Source of the DNA: Candidatus Bathyarchaeia archaeon
Lineage (GTDB): Archaea > Thermoproteota > CALKCG01 > B24
Length of the DNA stretch: 27,167 nt
Direction of reading: 5' to 3'
Assembly: GCA_038851915.1 (NCBI GenBank)
Contig: JAWCKO010000002.1
Span: 1-27,167, forward strand
Below the pieces are notes generated by a model, which made no database searches, was not told the DNA's origin, and saw nothing but the letters and a program-made list of their open reading frames with translations. The position numbers and the translations under genes were made by a program. The first letter of the stretch is position 1; each line of letters starts with the position of its first letter. Of the stretch, positions 1-9,417 are shown in pieces.

Positions 1-611
1 TCAAGCGGCTCATCCCCAAGGATATATCTGAGTAAATCAGCTCCGTGAATACACAAGTCGAGGAACCCTCCCCCACCAGCCGCCTCTTTAACTGCAAACC
101 ACTCACTCCACCCTTTAAACCACCGGTCTATGGCTGCGGAGTGGGCCACTCTAATTCTAATCATACTTATTCTGCCAAGTTCACCGTTGAATACGATTTC
201 TCTCGCCTTAGCATTTTCAGGGTTAAACCTTGCGTTAAAACCTGTGGTGAATTCGACTCCACTATTCTCTACTATGGCTTTTATGTTTAACGCATCCTTA
301 AGGTTTACACCTATAGGTTTCTCACAGAAAACATGAATATTATTTTCAGCTGCAAGCCTAACATATGTTAAGTGCTTTACTGTTTCAGTATTTACTACGA
401 AAACATCTGGTTTTTCTCTAACGGCTTCATCGATTTTTCCGAAGAATTTCAAGTGATATTTGTTTGCATAGTATTTACCTCTCTCTTCATTATCATCATA
501 AACACCTACTACTTCAACGTCACCAGTCTCTATTTTCCTCTTCAAAAGCTGTTCGGTATAGCTTAACGCGTGTCCATGAGCATAACTAACCATTAATACT
601 TTTACAGTCAT
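1..611 (-). CDS. Gfo/Idh/MocA family oxidoreductase, 3' end runs off the window (absent from the ORF track)
   Basis: Manual translation from ATG at 611: MTVKVLMVSYAHGHALSY...HVFCEKPIG...FTTGFNARFNP...GGGGFLDLCIHGADLLRY. It has the EKP motif and the GG..D..IH C-terminal motif, with an SD-like GGAGGGG upstream. Confidence 0.9.
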   Translation of the reverse strand, partial: MTVKVLMVSYAHGHALSYTEQLLKRKIETGDVEVVGVYDDNEERGKYYANKYHLKFFGKIDEAVREKPDVFVVNTETVKHLTYVRLAAENNIHVFCEKPIGVNLKDALNIKAIVENSGVEFTTGFNARFNPENAKAREIVFNGELGRISMIRIRVAHSAAIDRWFKGWSEWFAVKEAAGGGGFLDLCIHGADLLRYILGDEPL

Positions 612-721
612 CTACAACCCCTCCCACCCACCTAAGTTGCTCCTTTAAATAATTCTAAGACTAAAATGTTAAACTTTAATATGACCATCTATGGTACTTT
701 AGCTTAAATCAGCGGTCTACT

Positions 722-1933
722 ATGAAACATACTTCCGAGTTTAAAAGCATCTACGTCAGCATCTTACTTCTTGGGATAGTAAGCTTAATGGGTGATATCG
801 TCTATGAAGGTTCACGTGGTTTGATACCGGACTATCTCAAGTTTCTTGGTGCTACTGCCTTCATCGTAGGGCTTATAAGCGGGTTTGGAGAATTTCTAGG
901 ATACGCTGTTAGATTGGTCAGCGGTTTTCTAGCTGATACCACCCGTACCTATTGGGTTTTCATGTTCATGGGCTACGGGCTAATCGCTTCAATACCGCTT
1001 CTAGGGTTTACAAACAGCTGGGAAATAGCAGCAATCCTAGTCTTGCTTGAAAGATTGGGGAAAGCATGTAGATCCCCATCTAGGGATACGATTCTATCGA
1101 TCGTAAGCAGAGACGTTGGAACTGGTAAAGCGTTTGGAATACACGAATTTCTAGATCAAGTTGGTGCCGTCATAGGTCCACTTATAGTAGCAGCGCTAAT
1201 GTTCTACAGTAGCAATAGCTATAATTGGACTTTTAGCCTTCTCATAATACCATTTACAATGCTTCTAATAGCTTTGGCCTTCACGTACTGGAAGATAGGC
1301 TCTAGAATAGCTGTTGAACCAAAGACGGCAACCGCAAGAGGGAGGGTTCTTGGAAGACCTTTCTACATTTACACGTTGGCAGTTATATTGAACACTATCG
1401 GAATCATTCCAGCATCATTGATATTATATAAAGCCTCGATTATTCTTCAACCGGAGCGGCAACAGTGGATGGTTCCTTTAATCTACCTTTTAATTCAGGG
1501 GATTGATGCTCCAGCAGCTCTACTTTCAGGATACCTATATGATAGATTTAGTATTAAAATTCTAATTCTACCTTTCATTCTTTCAATATTTCCACCTGTA
1601 TTCACCATGGTTAACACCGATTTAACAGCTTTAATAATTGCCTCTGTATTCTTCGGAGTAGTCCTCGGAGTGCAGGAATCGACGTACCGTGCAGCAGTTT
1701 CAGAATTCACACCCATCTCTTCAAGGGGAACCGCTTATGGAATTTTTAACGCTGCCTATGGAATTGGCTTCTTAATAAGCGGTGGAATTTACGGCTTAAT
1801 AATAGATCTTAACATTCCTCTGATTGTAACATTGCTCTTTGTAGTTTCGATTCAGACTACAGCGTTAGCCACTCTACTAAAGGTCTATCAAAAACCACGT
1901 GAAATTAAACACAGCTCGGTTCCAATTAAATAG
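722..1933 (+). CDS. Major facilitator superfamily transporter
   Basis: 403 aa with about 12 hydrophobic segments, MFS-type loop motifs (SGFLADTTR, SGYLYDRFS) and ERLGKACRSPSRD. Confidence 0.9.
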   Translation: MKHTSEFKSIYVSILLLGIVSLMGDIVYEGSRGLIPDYLKFLGATAFIVGLISGFGEFLGYAVRLVSGFLADTTRTYWVFMFMGYGLIASIPLLGFTNSWEIAAILVLLERLGKACRSPSRDTILSIVSRDVGTGKAFGIHEFLDQVGAVIGPLIVAALMFYSSNSYNWTFSLLIIPFTMLLIALAFTYWKIGSRIAVEPKTATARGRVLGRPFYIYTLAVILNTIGIIPASLILYKASIILQPERQQWMVPLIYLLIQGIDAPAALLSGYLYDRFSIKILILPFILSIFPPVFTMVNTDLTALIIASVFFGVVLGVQESTYRAAVSEFTPISSRGTAYGIFNAAYGIGFLISGGIYGLIIDLNIPLIVTLLFVVSIQTTALATLLKVYQKPREIKHSSVPIK

Positions 1934-2041
1934 ACTTAACCGATAATGAGATGCTAAAACTTCCTAAGCGAAAAATTCATAATTGATTCATTAAGGAATA
2001 CCTGCTCTATGTTTAAGTTTAACCTAATCGTCGTATAGTCT

Positions 2042-2542
2042 ATGTGCAAATTTAGACTTATTGCGATAGGCGGCACATTCGATGTGATTCATAAAGGCCA
2101 TAGAGAGCTTTTACGTATTGCTTTCGAGCTTGGAGATAGAGTCCTCATAGGTCTTACGACGGATACATTCATAAGAAGCATGGGTAAGACTCATGAGGTT
2201 AAACCTTACGTTGATAGGTTGGAAGATTTAAAGAAGCTATTGGTTAATATGCAAGTGGCGTCTAGAGCGATAATCATACCCTTAGAAGACCCATATGGTC
2301 CAACAGTATCTGATTCAGCTATAGAAGCAATAGTGGTTAGCGATGAAACTTACAATAGAGCACTTGAAATAAACAGACTTAGAGAAGCTAAAGGTTTAAA
2401 CGCTCTTAAAGTCGTAAAAATCACCATGGTTTTAGCTGAGAATGGGAAACCGATATCCTCTACTAGGATTAGGCTTGGAGAAATCGATGAGAATGGTAGA
2501 TTGTTGAAAAAAGATAAATTTTCCAGAAAAAGCATAATATAG
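2042..2542 (+). CDS. coaD: Archaeal phosphopantetheine adenylyltransferase
   Basis: GGTFDVIHKGH (HxGH), DPYGP, IVVSDET and KPISSTRIR motifs. Confidence 0.9.
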   Translation: MCKFRLIAIGGTFDVIHKGHRELLRIAFELGDRVLIGLTTDTFIRSMGKTHEVKPYVDRLEDLKKLLVNMQVASRAIIIPLEDPYGPTVSDSAIEAIVVSDETYNRALEINRLREAKGLNALKVVKITMVLAENGKPISSTRIRLGEIDENGRLLKKDKFSRKSII

Positions 2543-2546
2543 ACAC

Positions 2547-3914
2547 ATGGAGTCCTCCTACGACCTAGTAGTAGTAGGTGCTGGGACAGGTGGATGTCTA
2601 GCTGCGAAAACAGCTGCGGAAAACGGTTTAAACGTCTGCCTTGTAGAATCTAAATCTGCTGAAAACATTGGGCTTAAAGCTTGTGGAGACGCCGTTGGTA
2701 AACATCATTTTGACAATATAGGATTGGCATATCCTACTGGTTCAGAACTCTGCTGGGAACTTGAAGGTGTTAAAGTATTCTCGCCGGATTTTGAAACATC
2801 TTTTAGAATAATGGGTTTAGGTGCTAAAGCCTTCATGGTCAATAGACGTGAATTCGGAAGAAGACTTGTTAAAGAGGCTTTAGACACGGGTATAGAGCTT
2901 ATAGATAAAACTACAGTCCTAGAGCCAATAATTGAAAACAACTATGTAGTAGCTGTTAAAGTTAGAGGCAGTGTTTTCAGTGGAGTTTTAAGGGGGAAGA
3001 TTTTCATAGATGCGTCCGGTGTATCCGCAGTCCTCAGGAGGAATGCTCCCACGGTTCCAGGGTTTGAAAGGACAGTAGACAAAGAAGAACTTGAAATAGC
3101 GTATAGAGAGATCAGAGTTTTGGAGAATGAGATTGATGATAAAACTTTTGGTTCCATATACTTAAGCCAGGAGTATGCTCCTGGAGGATACTTCTGGTTA
3201 TTTCCTAAAGGTTTAAACACAGTCAACATAGGGTTGGGTGTTCAATTCTCAAGGGCAAAAATGGAAATTAAAAACTACTTCACACGGTTTATAGAGGAGA
3301 AACTTCCATGGCTTAATAAGGCTAAGACTCTGGATGGAAGAGGGGCATTCGTCCCAACAAGGAGGCCGCTGGATAATATGGTTTCGAACGGTTTAATAGT
3401 CGTAGGTGATGCCGCTTGCCAAGTCAATCCGATCCACGGTGGAGGAATAGGGCCGTCCATGACGGCTGGTAAGCTTGCTGGTGAAACCGCTGTGAAAGCT
3501 TTAGAGAAGGACGATTTAAGCTATGGAGGTCTTTGGGATTATAACGTAGCATACATGAGAGGCTACGGTGCTAAACAAGCATCTCTAGACGTTTTCAGAG
3601 TTTTTCTCCAGAATATTTCGGACGATGAATTAAACTACGGTATAAGTCGAAAGTTGATAGCTGAAGAAGATGTTTTAAAAACCAGTCTATACGGCGAAGT
3701 TAAACTTACGATAACAGATAAGGCCTTAAGATTTCTCCGCTCAGTAGGTAAACTTAATTTCGTTTCGAGACTTAGAAAAGTGTCTGAATTAATGAAAACG
3801 GTTAAAGCACACTATCAAAGTTTTCCGAAGAATCCTAATGACTTTCCGAAGTGGTTGAAGGTGACGAGAAAATTGGTCGAGGAGTATGAGATAGTTGGTA
3901 TGGGAAATGTTTAA
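2547..3914 (+). CDS. Geranylgeranyl reductase family (digeranylgeranylglycerophospholipid reductase)
   Basis: VVVGAGTGG FAD motif, KACGDAV, YFWLFPKG (YxWxFP) and VGDAACQVNPIHGGGI. Confidence 0.88.
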   Translation: MESSYDLVVVGAGTGGCLAAKTAAENGLNVCLVESKSAENIGLKACGDAVGKHHFDNIGLAYPTGSELCWELEGVKVFSPDFETSFRIMGLGAKAFMVNRREFGRRLVKEALDTGIELIDKTTVLEPIIENNYVVAVKVRGSVFSGVLRGKIFIDASGVSAVLRRNAPTVPGFERTVDKEELEIAYREIRVLENEIDDKTFGSIYLSQEYAPGGYFWLFPKGLNTVNIGLGVQFSRAKMEIKNYFTRFIEEKLPWLNKAKTLDGRGAFVPTRRPLDNMVSNGLIVVGDAACQVNPIHGGGIGPSMTAGKLAGETAVKALEKDDLSYGGLWDYNVAYMRGYGAKQASLDVFRVFLQNISDDELNYGISRKLIAEEDVLKTSLYGEVKLTITDKALRFLRSVGKLNFVSRLRKVSELMKTVKAHYQSFPKNPNDFPKWLKVTRKLVEEYEIVGMGNV

Positions 3915-3947
3915 CAATTCACGTGAACTGTAAAATACAGTGGAAAC

Positions 3948-4672
3948 ATGTCCTCTGAAGAATTTAAAATAGAAAAAGAGAGGCTCATAGAGATATACGT
4001 TAGAGAAGGAATTCTAAAGGCAAACTCAGTCATAGAGGCGTTTAGAAGAGTTCCGAGGGAGAACTTCATACCCGAATACTTGAGGGCATATGCTTATGTC
4101 GATACCCCACTACCCATAGGCTATGGTCAAACAATATCCGCACCACACTTCTAGCTGAATGGCTAGAAGGGTGAAACATGGTTTGCATAATGAATGAAGT
4201 GCTCGAACTCGAAACAGGTTTAAAAGTGTTAGAGGTTGGAGCTGGCTCAGGCTATCACGCATGTACAATAGCTGAAATAGTCGCCCCGTCGGATGTACCC
4301 AGAGAGAAATGGGGTCACGTCTGGACAATTGAGATAGTATTCGAGCTCTATAAAATGGCTGAAGAAAACGTACGTAGAAACGGTTATTCGGATAGAGTTA
4401 CGGTTATACATGGAGATGGGTCCTTAGGCTGTCCTGAAAACGCCCCCTACGACCGCATTCTAGTTACAGCTGCAGCTCCAGAAATTCCAGACACGCTTAT
4501 CGAGCAGCTTAAAATAGGTGGGCTAATAGTTACACCTATTGGAGCACCTGGTGGATTTCAAGAGCTGGTCAAAGCATACAAACGAAGCGGCGGATCCATT
4601 GAAACAGTAAATCTGGGAGGTGTAGCATTCGTACCTTTAAGGGGCAGAAAAGGCTGGAGAGGATGGTGGTAA
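3948..4672 (+). CDS. pcm: Protein-L-isoaspartate O-methyltransferase, interrupted by an intron: join(3948..4146,4176..4672), 231 aa after splicing
   Basis: Exon 1 encodes VPRENF...[15 protein letters not shown]. Exon 2 encodes [32 protein letters not shown] and FVPL. Removing 29 nt joins them as [10 protein letters not shown], matching the family consensus. Confidence 0.92.
4147..4175 (+). other. Putative bulge-helix-bulge (BHB) archaeal intron, 29 nt, in pcm mRNA
   Basis: Central 4-bp helix CACC(4141-4144)/GGTG(4170-4173), 3-nt bulges ACA(4145-4147) and AAA(4174-4176), inner 8-bp stem CTTCTAGC/GCTAGAAG with a 6-nt loop. Cutting after the second nucleotide of each bulge restores the reading frame. 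Confidence 0.85.
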
Positions 4673-5105
4673 AATCTCCCACGTTAGAGAGTTTATAGTA
4701 GCCAGAGGACATCCAAATATAACGGCTGAACATAAAACTACGTTTGAGATTACTAAAGACCCGTATGTAACGCCTAGGGGGGATTGCATAATAGCCGTTT
4801 CAGCGTCGAAAGCGGTTTGCGATTTAAGCTGGGAATTTAAACAGCTTCTTAAAAGCGAGGCTTCGCTCGTAAACTTTAAACTTGAAGTAGGACCATTTAC
4901 ATGGACGGTTAAGGGATACGGGTCTGAGAAGATGATTCTAACAGATGTAAAATCTATGGTTTTCAGAAGAACTCAGTACATATGTCCTAGAACAGTCATG
5001 ATTAAGGCGGATTCGTCAGCCTCCAGTCTACCTAGAGAAATTCTACCGCTTTTAAAAAATCCAGATACAGTCTTACGCATAACTCTTAAGGTATTTAGAG
5101 AGTAA
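4663..5105 (+). CDS. DUF371 family protein (start uncertain; absent from the ORF track)
   Basis: Open frame ending at TAA 5103-5105 encodes VREFIVARGHPNITAEHKTTFEITKDPYVTPRGDCIIAV. There is no in-frame ATG/GTG/TTG before this motif. ATG 4663 is out of frame and ATC 4674 is in frame. Confidence 0.8.
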
Positions 5106-5134
5106 TCTACTTCAATCTCTGAAGCGGCGGAGTT

Positions 5135-6190
5135 CTACTGGATTGTAGCGTCAACAACTACGTGGTATGTCCTAGGTGCAACCTCTCTAACCACCCGCAT
5201 TTTAGCGGATTTTACAGATCTTCCAAGCCTTTCTATGTTTTCGTGGAAATCCTCTAAAACCTTATTTTTCAAATCGCTCTCTGGACGGGACTCATAGTAG
5301 TGTATTACTCCACCTACCTGTTTAAGTGCGTCGCATGCCGCCTGGAGAAAAATTTTAGCTTGAGAAGGATTATCCATTATGACTCTGTCAAACATCCCTC
5401 TTAAACTAGATTCTACGATTTCAGCGACATCCCCCTTAATCGGTATGACTCTACTCTGAACCTTATTTCCCTCAATGTTACTCTTGAGGTATTTAACAGC
5501 GTTAGGGTTTAAATCAACAGCGTAGACTTTACATTCTCTAACCTTTTTAGCGATTAAAATCGCATAGCATCCTGCTCCTGTAAACATGTCCAGTATGGTC
5601 TCACCCGGTTTAACCATCGATGCAACTCTTAAGCGTTCGTAACTCAACCTAGGGCTTACATACACTTTAACCGGATCCACTAAATATCTACATCCATGCT
5701 CCTTGTAAATGGTCTCTGTTTCACCAGAGCCCACTACAATATCATAGCCTCCAACTCTGAAAACTCCAGATATTGGACTCCTCTTCACTAGAACTGTTTT
5801 AATACCTGGATAGATTTTAAGAATAGCTTCTCCAATTGTTTTTAGAAAAGGCTTCAATTCATCTTGGACTTGTATAATGGCGACTTCACCTATTAAATCT
5901 ATTGAGGATGGCACTAGGTTAAGTGTTTCGTCAGGGACCAGGCCTTTTAAAGCGTCTTTGATACTGGAAATTCTAACTCTAGGCTCAAACACATCTACGT
6001 GTAAAGTAGGCTTAACATGACTAAGCATTTCAAATTCTTCGATTGTCGGCCTTCTTAAAAGTGGAATTATTATAAAATCATCTGACCGCTTAATCTTCAG
6101 ATTATCATCTAAAAGCCTTAGACTTCTGAGGAGTTTAATTAATTCATTGGATTTACACTTATCAACTTTTAAAGCAACTTTTTCAGGCAT
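5135..6190 (-). CDS. trm5: Trm5/Tyw2-family class I SAM-dependent tRNA methyltransferase
   Basis: N-terminal D1-like domain, SIDLIGEVAII, ETIYKEHGCRYLVD, VYVSPRLSYER and ILDMFTGAG. The paralog type (Trm5a/b/c) is not resolved. Confidence 0.78.
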   Translation of the reverse strand: MPEKVALKVDKCKSNELIKLLRSLRLLDDNLKIKRSDDFIIIPLLRRPTIEEFEMLSHVKPTLHVDVFEPRVRISSIKDALKGLVPDETLNLVPSSIDLIGEVAIIQVQDELKPFLKTIGEAILKIYPGIKTVLVKRSPISGVFRVGGYDIVVGSGETETIYKEHGCRYLVDPVKVYVSPRLSYERLRVASMVKPGETILDMFTGAGCYAILIAKKVRECKVYAVDLNPNAVKYLKSNIEGNKVQSRVIPIKGDVAEIVESSLRGMFDRVIMDNPSQAKIFLQAACDALKQVGGVIHYYESRPESDLKNKVLEDFHENIERLGRSVKSAKMRVVREVAPRTYHVVVDATIQ

Positions 6191-6220
6191 TTAAATTATA
6201 AATAGAAATCTAATGAATTT

Positions 6221-7210
6221 TTACTTTTCTATACCAGCCATTCTACGTATACTTCTACCAACTGCTTCAATAGGATGCTGTTCAATCCTCATGAGGAGAC
6301 GCTTAAGATTGGGTCTACCTGCGACGTCTTCCCTAATCCACTCTTCAGCGTATTTTCCACTTATGACTTCTTCAGCTATTCTGTGCATTTTCTCTTTAAC
6401 CTCCTCGTCTAAAACTCTCGGCCTCCTAGTTAAACCTCCATGTTTAGCCGTATCGGAAACCGCCTGAAGCATGCCAGTTATACCTCTCTCATATATAAGA
6501 TCCATTATGAGCTTAGCCTCATTACATGCTTCAAAGTAGGCAAGCTCAGGTGGATATCCAAGCTCAACGAGAACCTCAAAACCCTTCATGATCAGCTCAA
6601 TCAATCCACCTACTAGTACACACTGTTCACCTATCAAATCGCTTTCAGTCTCATCTTTGAAAGATGTTTCTATAACTCCTGCTTTAGTGCAACCTAAAGC
6701 CTTAGCCATAGCTAGCACGACGTCCCTAGCCTTTCCACTATAATCTTGGTATACTGCCGTAAGCGCTGGAACCCCAAACCCCTCTAAATAAGTACGCCTT
6801 AAAAGGTGGCCTGGGCTTTTTGGAGCAACCATTATGACGTCTACATTTGAAGGTGGAATTATCCGTTTGAAGTGTATGTTAAAGCCGTGGCTGAAGCCTA
6901 AAGCTTTCCCCTCTGAGATATTTGAGGCAATATGCTTAGCATATACTTCTGGTTGAGCGGTGTCTGGTATTAATATATGGATGATGTCGCCGAGTTTAGA
7001 CGCCTCAGATATTTCATACGTTTTGAATCCGTCTTCAGATGCAAGCTTCCAAGACTTTCCGTCTCGTCGAACACCTATGATTACGTCTAAACCAGAGTCT
7101 CTGAAGTTTAAAGCCTGATTTCTCCCTTGGCTTCCATAGCCTATAATCGCTAGAGTTCTACCTCTGAGAGACTCTAGAGAGACATCTTCATCGTGGAAAA
7201 CTTTAACCAA
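6221..7210 (-). CDS. ilvC: Ketol-acid reductoisomerase
   Basis: [26 protein letters not shown] and [10 protein letters not shown] motifs. The likely start is TTG 7210, 6 nt after GGGGTG; the ORF extends to GTG 7219. Confidence 0.96.
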   Translation of the reverse strand: MVKVFHDEDVSLESLRGRTLAIIGYGSQGRNQALNFRDSGLDVIIGVRRDGKSWKLASEDGFKTYEISEASKLGDIIHILIPDTAQPEVYAKHIASNISEGKALGFSHGFNIHFKRIIPPSNVDVIMVAPKSPGHLLRRTYLEGFGVPALTAVYQDYSGKARDVVLAMAKALGCTKAGVIETSFKDETESDLIGEQCVLVGGLIELIMKGFEVLVELGYPPELAYFEACNEAKLIMDLIYERGITGMLQAVSDTAKHGGLTRRPRVLDEEVKEKMHRIAEEVISGKYAEEWIREDVAGRPNLKRLLMRIEQHPIEAVGRSIRRMAGIEK

Positions 7211-7224
7211 AGGTAACACCCCAA

Positions 7225-7728
7225 TTATTCCTCTACTTTCAAAGATTTAAGTCCTCTTGACATAGCGACAACACCAGTTCTGGCAAACTCTTTAATGCCG
7301 TATGATTTCACCAGTTCGACGAACGCATCGATTTTAGTAGGTGAACCCGTTATTTCGATTATCATGGAGTCTCTAGATACGTCAACGATTCTACCTCTAA
7401 ATATGGTTGCATAGTTTATAACATCGCTTTTAGCTTTAGAATCAGCCGTGTAAACTTTGACGAGGGCGAGTTCTCTAACGACGCTTCTACTAGGCTCAAG
7501 TCTACTGACTTTTATAACGTCTACGAGCTTTTGAAGCTGTTTCACGACTTGTTCGACTGTGGCTTCATCACCTTGAACTGTTATAGTCATTCTTGCTATG
7601 TCTCCAGTCTCACATGCACCAACAGTTATACTCTCTATGTTGAAATTCCTCTTTCTAAACATGTTTGAAACCTTATGCAAGACTCCAGGCTTATGCTCAA
7701 CGAGAGCCGCTAAAATATATTCTCCCAT
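7225..7728 (-). CDS. ilvN: Acetolactate synthase small (regulatory) subunit
   Basis: ACT domain [29 protein letters not shown], plus RELALVKV and [11 protein letters not shown] 7728 lies 6 nt after GGTG. Confidence 0.94.
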   Translation of the reverse strand: MGEYILAALVEHKPGVLHKVSNMFRKRNFNIESITVGACETGDIARMTITVQGDEATVEQVVKQLQKLVDVIKVSRLEPSRSVVRELALVKVYTADSKAKSDVINYATIFRGRIVDVSRDSMIIEITGSPTKIDAFVELVKSYGIKEFARTGVVAMSRGLKSLKVEE

Positions 7729-7740
7729 AAATACCACCTT

Positions 7741-9414
7741 TCAAAAAATCATATCCTTTAAACTCTTACCTGGGGGAACTATTGGCAGAACGTCCTCCTC
7801 CTTGGGTATTGGAACATCTATTACAACGGTTACATCCGATTTTACGGCTTCACGTAAAACTTGCTCAAGCTCGTTTAAAGAATCGACTCTAACGCCTCTA
7901 GCTCCAAAAGCTTCAGCAAGCTTAGCAAAGTCAGGCACACCCTTTAAATCCGTATGGGAGTATCTCCTTCCAAAGAAAAACCTCTGCCATTGAGCAACCA
8001 TACCTAGGCTTGAATTGTTAAGAATCATAACTATAACTGGTATGTCTTCAACAACGCTTGTAGCTAGATCCTGCTCAGTCATTAGAAAACTGCCGTCACC
8101 AGCGATATCTACAACAGGCACATCTGGCATTGCGACTTTAGCGCCTAAGGATGCTGGAAAACCGAAACCCATGGTTCCCAAGCCACCGGATGATATAAAG
8201 GTTCCAGTTTTCAAAACTCTAAAGTGTAGTGAAGCCCACATTTGATTCTGTCCAACCTCCGTAGCTACTATGGCATTCTCAGGTAGAACCTTACGTAGAA
8301 GCTTAATAGCGTTCACCGCTGTTAGCTCTTTACTTGGCTCTGAATCCTCGCATTCCTTTTTAAGCATTTCAATACGTTTAATCCATTCGGACTTTTCCCT
8401 CTTAAAGCCTCTGTGAATCATCTCATCTATTATGGCTTTAAGTGCAATCTTTGCATCTGCAACTATAGGTAGATGTACTGGTACGTTCTTCCTGATTTCA
8501 GAGGGATCTATATCTATGTGTATTATCTTAGCATCGTGGCAAAATTCGTCAACTCTACCAGTACTCCTATCCGAGAATCTAACACCCACAGCTAGAATAG
8601 CATCAGTAGCCATTATAGCCTTATTAGCTTCAACTCTACCGTGCATTCCTATACAGCCCAACGCCAATGGGTGGTTTTCAGGTATTACGCCTTTACCCAT
8701 GAAAGTCGTAGCCACAGGTGCCATTAGTAGTTCGGCTAAAGTCAATAGTTCACCATAGGCTTTAGACCAATATACTCCTCCTCCAGCAAGTATTATTGGG
8801 CGCTCACTATTTGCCAATATGTCTGTGGCTTTCTTAATTTGGAGAGGATGTGGCTCAATATTAGGCTTATAACCTCTTATATTAATCTTAACGTCAAAAT
8901 CTACATCAGCTACACTAGTCTGTACATCTCTAGGTACATCTATCAGTACTGGCCCAGGTCTACCTGTCGACGCTATATAGAAAGCCTCTTTAACAATCCT
9001 GGGTATGTCTTCCACCCTTCTAACTTGGTAATTGTACTTAGTTATAGGGGTGGTTATACCGATTATATCGGTTTCTTGGAAAGCATCCCTACCTATCAAA
9101 TGTGTAGCAACTTGACCAGTTATCGCTATAACTGGGCTTGAATCCATATACGCATTGGCAATACCAGTAACGAGGTTTGTAGCTCCAGGTCCGGAAGTAG
9201 CCATACAGACACCAGGTCCACGTATAGCTCTTGCATAACCATCCGCAGCGTGTGCAGCGCATTGTTCATGACGCATAAGAATATGCCTTATCCCTTTCTC
9301 ATCGTATAACACATCATATACGGGCATTATAGCTCCTCCAGGTATTCCGAAGATTACTTTAACGCCCTCCTTCTTCAGAGATTCTACTAACGCTCGACTT
9401 CCACTCATCTCCAT
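7741..9414 (-). CDS. ilvB: Acetolactate synthase large subunit
   Basis: FGIPGGA, RHEQCAAHAADGYAR, TSGPGATN, GGLGTMGFG and the ThDP motif GDGSFLM...NN. Confidence 0.96.
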   Translation of the reverse strand: MEMSGSRALVESLKKEGVKVIFGIPGGAIMPVYDVLYDEKGIRHILMRHEQCAAHAADGYARAIRGPGVCMATSGPGATNLVTGIANAYMDSSPVIAITGQVATHLIGRDAFQETDIIGITTPITKYNYQVRRVEDIPRIVKEAFYIASTGRPGPVLIDVPRDVQTSVADVDFDVKINIRGYKPNIEPHPLQIKKATDILANSERPIILAGGGVYWSKAYGELLTLAELLMAPVATTFMGKGVIPENHPLALGCIGMHGRVEANKAIMATDAILAVGVRFSDRSTGRVDEFCHDAKIIHIDIDPSEIRKNVPVHLPIVADAKIALKAIIDEMIHRGFKREKSEWIKRIEMLKKECEDSEPSKELTAVNAIKLLRKVLPENAIVATEVGQNQMWASLHFRVLKTGTFISSGGLGTMGFGFPASLGAKVAMPDVPVVDIAGDGSFLMTEQDLATSVVEDIPVIVMILNNSSLGMVAQWQRFFFGRRYSHTDLKGVPDFAKLAEAFGARGVRVDSLNELEQVLREAVKSDVTVVIDVPIPKEEDVLPIVPPGKSLKDMIF

Positions 9415-9417
9415 CTT

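Noticed and set aside
45-566. Short plus-strand ORFs 45-290, 130-336 and 372-566
   Set aside because: They are shadows of the minus-strand Gfo/Idh/MocA gene and carry no motifs.
3948-4672. pcm as a pseudogene, a two-gene split or a sequencing frameshift
   Set aside because: The interruption is a discrete 29-nt structured insert whose BHB cut sites restore the consensus exactly, and both halves keep intact motifs.
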